Assembly: GCA_019058445.1 (NCBI GenBank)
Contig: JAHPZA010000009.1
Location: 416,001-480,000 of the forward strand
DNA from: Promethearchaeota archaeon
Lineage (GTDB): Archaea; Asgardarchaeota; Lokiarchaeia; Sigyniarchaeales; SOKP01
DNA: 64,000 nucleotides
Reading direction: 5' to 3'
This document shows, piece by piece, positions 61,667 to 64,000 of this stretch. The translations under genes were made by a program, and so were the position numbers. The notes beneath the pieces are model-generated. The model was not told the origin of the DNA. It saw only the letters and a list, made by a program, of their open reading frames with translations, and searched no databases. Each line of letters begins with the position of its first letter. The stretch's first letter is position 1.

Positions 61667-62257
61667 ATGTGGAAAGAAAAACTGATCAATTTTGCGAAAA
61701 GATTTGAACACACTGCTTGGGGTATGTCCCACTTTACCCGTGTTTACGAGCTAACTTTAAAATTGGCTGACATGAGGAAATTGGAGATAGATCAAGAATC
61801 TTTATTCGCAGCAGCATATTTACACGATATGGGTGCCTTTGATCCTTATCGGAAAAAAGATATTGATCATGCAGAAGCATCTGCTAATTCTTGTGAAGAA
61901 GTACTTAAATCTTTAGGGTTCCCTCCAGAAAAGATTGATAAGGTAAAAGATATAATTAGAACCCATATGTATTATGCGGAACCTTCTGGTCAAATAGAAT
62001 CAGTTTTGTTTCGCGATGCAGATATTTTAGATTTCATGGGAATAATTGGGATAATACGTATACTTTCTATAGTGGGGAAAGACACATGGGCACCTAATTT
62101 AAACTCAGCAATAAATCTAATTAGAAATTTCGATAAAACGCTAATCCATAAGCTATCTAGTGATCAGGCTAAAGAAATAGGTGTAAAAAGAAGAGGTGAA
62201 ATGAAAGCGTTTTTAGAAAATTTATCCGAACAGACAAACAAATTTAAACTGCTATAA
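61667..62257 (+). CDS. HD-domain metal-dependent phosphohydrolase
   Basis: SHFTRV, AAYLHDMG, DHAEASA, IRTH and DADILDFMGIIG. Confidence 0.9.
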   Translation: MWKEKLINFAKRFEHTAWGMSHFTRVYELTLKLADMRKLEIDQESLFAAAYLHDMGAFDPYRKKDIDHAEASANSCEEVLKSLGFPPEKIDKVKDIIRTHMYYAEPSGQIESVLFRDADILDFMGIIGIIRILSIVGKDTWAPNLNSAINLIRNFDKTLIHKLSSDQAKEIGVKRRGEMKAFLENLSEQTNKFKLL

Positions 62258-62291
62258 ACTCCAACTAATTAGAAATGGGTACCCTTGTTAA

Positions 62292-64000
62292 ATGAAGATA
62301 GACAATAAAAATTTAAAGATTAGTAATAAGGAAATTTTAGCACTTGAAAGAATAATTGATCTAGTAAGCACTTTTTCAGAAAAAAATCCAATACTCCAGA
62401 TCAAATTTAATATTAATCGAATTAAGGAGAAAATCGCTAATTTAAAAAATCAAGTAACTAGCGATAGGTACAATAAATTCAAGAAGATTTTAAAAAGAAT
62501 AGAATTATTTGTCTGGAAAGAAATCAGACCTAAAATTTATCATATCTTTGGAGGCCATGGTGGAGTTATAATAAATGATATCGGGTATTGTGAATTTGAT
62601 TCTCCCAAATTTGCCTTGTATCGTATAATAGATAGAATGAAATTATCTATTGAAACAAATATGCCCTATAATATTGAAATAGCAATATGCTGTTTCGAAT
62701 GGTTAAAAAATCATTTTGCTAAAGAATTCGCAGTGTTTTTAGACTTATTTAATAGAGGGCGTTTTGAAATTATTAATCCCTCCTATTCTCAACCTTATAA
62801 TTTAATTATTGGTGAAGAGTCAAATATTAAACAATTTGAAATCGGATTAAAAGAATTAAATCATCTAGGATTAGATTGTAACATTTATTATTGTTCAGAA
62901 GTTTCCCTTCATCCTCAAATTCCTCAAATTTTAAATGGTTTTAACATCGAATTTTGCTCTCTTAGAACAAGATTATTAGGTACATGCCCGTCTACCAATT
63001 CAGGAAAAATTTCCTGGATAGGATTAGATAATTCTAGAATCATTACTATAACGGATCAATCTGGCATCTTTAATGGAGAATTTTGGCATGGCACTTTCTA
63101 TAAAGAGCTCCCTGAGCTATTATTTCAAGCGGTCTCCCGTCCCTTTATGAAACATCTTATCTTCTCATCAATAGAGGATTTTGTCAATCCACTACCATTT
63201 CAAGAAGAAGTGTGGCGAATATCCAAATATTCTGAAATATTTGGTAAATTTGTTTCTTGTTCGGAGCTACTTGATATTATCGAAACAGATGGAGAATTTA
63301 GATACAATAGAGATGATTTTGCATTAGGCGACTATATATTTATTCAGAGCGAATTATTTTTAAATAATAAAAGATGTGAAGTTACGATAATAACATCTGA
63401 GATTTTGAATTGCATTTTAGGTCAATATTATAAGGTTTCTCATGATTCACTATTAGATGAGTTATGGAAACAACTATTACTGACTCAATCTCATGATAAT
63501 TATGCTGTACCTAATGTTCAACCCGGAGATTATTCCGCTCAGCAGTTGAGTAAAGAAGAATATGAAAAATTAAATATACCTGCAGAAAAGATTTCAATCT
63601 CGAATTTAAGTATGAATATTCAAAGACAAATTATAAATAAATGCGATAGCTTTATAAATGAGAGTCTAAAAAAAATAAGTGATATTCTTATTACAACCTC
63701 AAAGACTAGTAAAAATAAATCTAAGGATATATTCGTTTTAAATCCTACCATCTATATCCGGCAAGATATAGTCTCCATCCCAATAAAGATAGAAAATGAA
63801 ACTGAATGGATATTAGTTGACGAAAAAGAGGAGCGCTTGGATTTTATATATCAAAACTCTATTATAAAGTTTATTCCAAATATGCCCTCAATGGGATATA
63901 AAATCTATTCTTTAATTGAAAGAGATCATATAGAGGTTAAATCAGATAATAATTTCCTTTATGACATAAGAATCTTAGAAGATAATCAAACAATTGAAGT
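62292..64000 (+). CDS. Glycoside hydrolase family 38 (alpha-mannosidase)-like protein, 3'-truncated by the window edge (absent from the ORF track)
   Basis: ATG at 62292 (MKIDNKNLKISNKEILALERII...). Motifs read in frame: RGRFEIINPSYSQPYNLIIGEESNIKQF, HPQIPQILNGF, WIGLDNSRI, LWKQLLLTQSHD, VLNPTIYIRQDIVSI and PSMGYKIY. These follow the GH38 N-terminal, middle and beta-domain order. Confidence 0.75.
   Translation, partial: MKIDNKNLKISNKEILALERIIDLVSTFSEKNPILQIKFNINRIKEKIANLKNQVTSDRYNKFKKILKRIELFVWKEIRPKIYHIFGGHGGVIINDIGYCEFDSPKFALYRIIDRMKLSIETNMPYNIEIAICCFEWLKNHFAKEFAVFLDLFNRGRFEIINPSYSQPYNLIIGEESNIKQFEIGLKELNHLGLDCNIYYCSEVSLHPQIPQILNGFNIEFCSLRTRLLGTCPSTNSGKISWIGLDNSRIITITDQSGIFNGEFWHGTFYKELPELLFQAVSRPFMKHLIFSSIEDFVNPLPFQEEVWRISKYSEIFGKFVSCSELLDIIETDGEFRYNRDDFALGDYIFIQSELFLNNKRCEVTIITSEILNCILGQYYKVSHDSLLDELWKQLLLTQSHDNYAVPNVQPGDYSAQQLSKEEYEKLNIPAEKISISNLSMNIQRQIINKCDSFINESLKKISDILITTSKTSKNKSKDIFVLNPTIYIRQDIVSIPIKIENETEWILVDEKEERLDFIYQNSIIKFIPNMPSMGYKIYSLIERDHIEVKSDNNFLYDIRILEDNQTIE

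Noticed and set aside
1-64000. CRISPR arrays, tRNA/rRNA genes, IS elements
   Set aside because: No regularly spaced short repeats, cloverleaf or rRNA-like GC-rich tracts, transposase ORFs or terminal inverted repeats were seen by eye.

Overview
AT-rich archaeal chromosome segment with the gene content typical of Asgard archaea (most likely Lokiarchaeia/Promethearchaeia): Rab/Arf-like small GTPases, roadblock and longin domains, and 7TM-longin fusions. The taxonomy is inferred from gene content only. About 41 kb (14337-55657) is a tandem array of five paralogous ~2650-aa single-pass surface proteins. Each has three DUF2341+LamG/ConA modules with hypervariable LamG cores, a sequon-rich beta-sandwich stalk, a TM helix and a ~450-aa cytoplasmic tail that reads as uDENN/longin plus two winged helices (NPRL2/GATOR1-like layout). 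Each copy has its own conserved promoter, and the copies are mosaics of one another. Two paralogous roadblock-Rab-like GTPase fusion genes bracket the array, suggesting a variable lectin-receptor to small-GTPase signalling locus. Beside it, the 'hypothetical' gene at 13321-14190 looks like an unannotated selenoprotein: an in-frame upstream UGA (13300), a C-terminal Cys-x-x-UGA-UAA, and a eukaryote-type SECIS hairpin immediately downstream (14188-14273). The rest is ordinary: trmO, an orphan N6-adenine DNA methyltransferase, hisB, a SNF2+SWIM pair, HAD, NPP/alkaline phosphatase, tandem 7TM proteins, an HD hydrolase and a partial GH38-like gene. No rRNA, tRNA, CRISPR array or mobile element was seen. 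All domain calls are by-eye motif recognition, not database searches.
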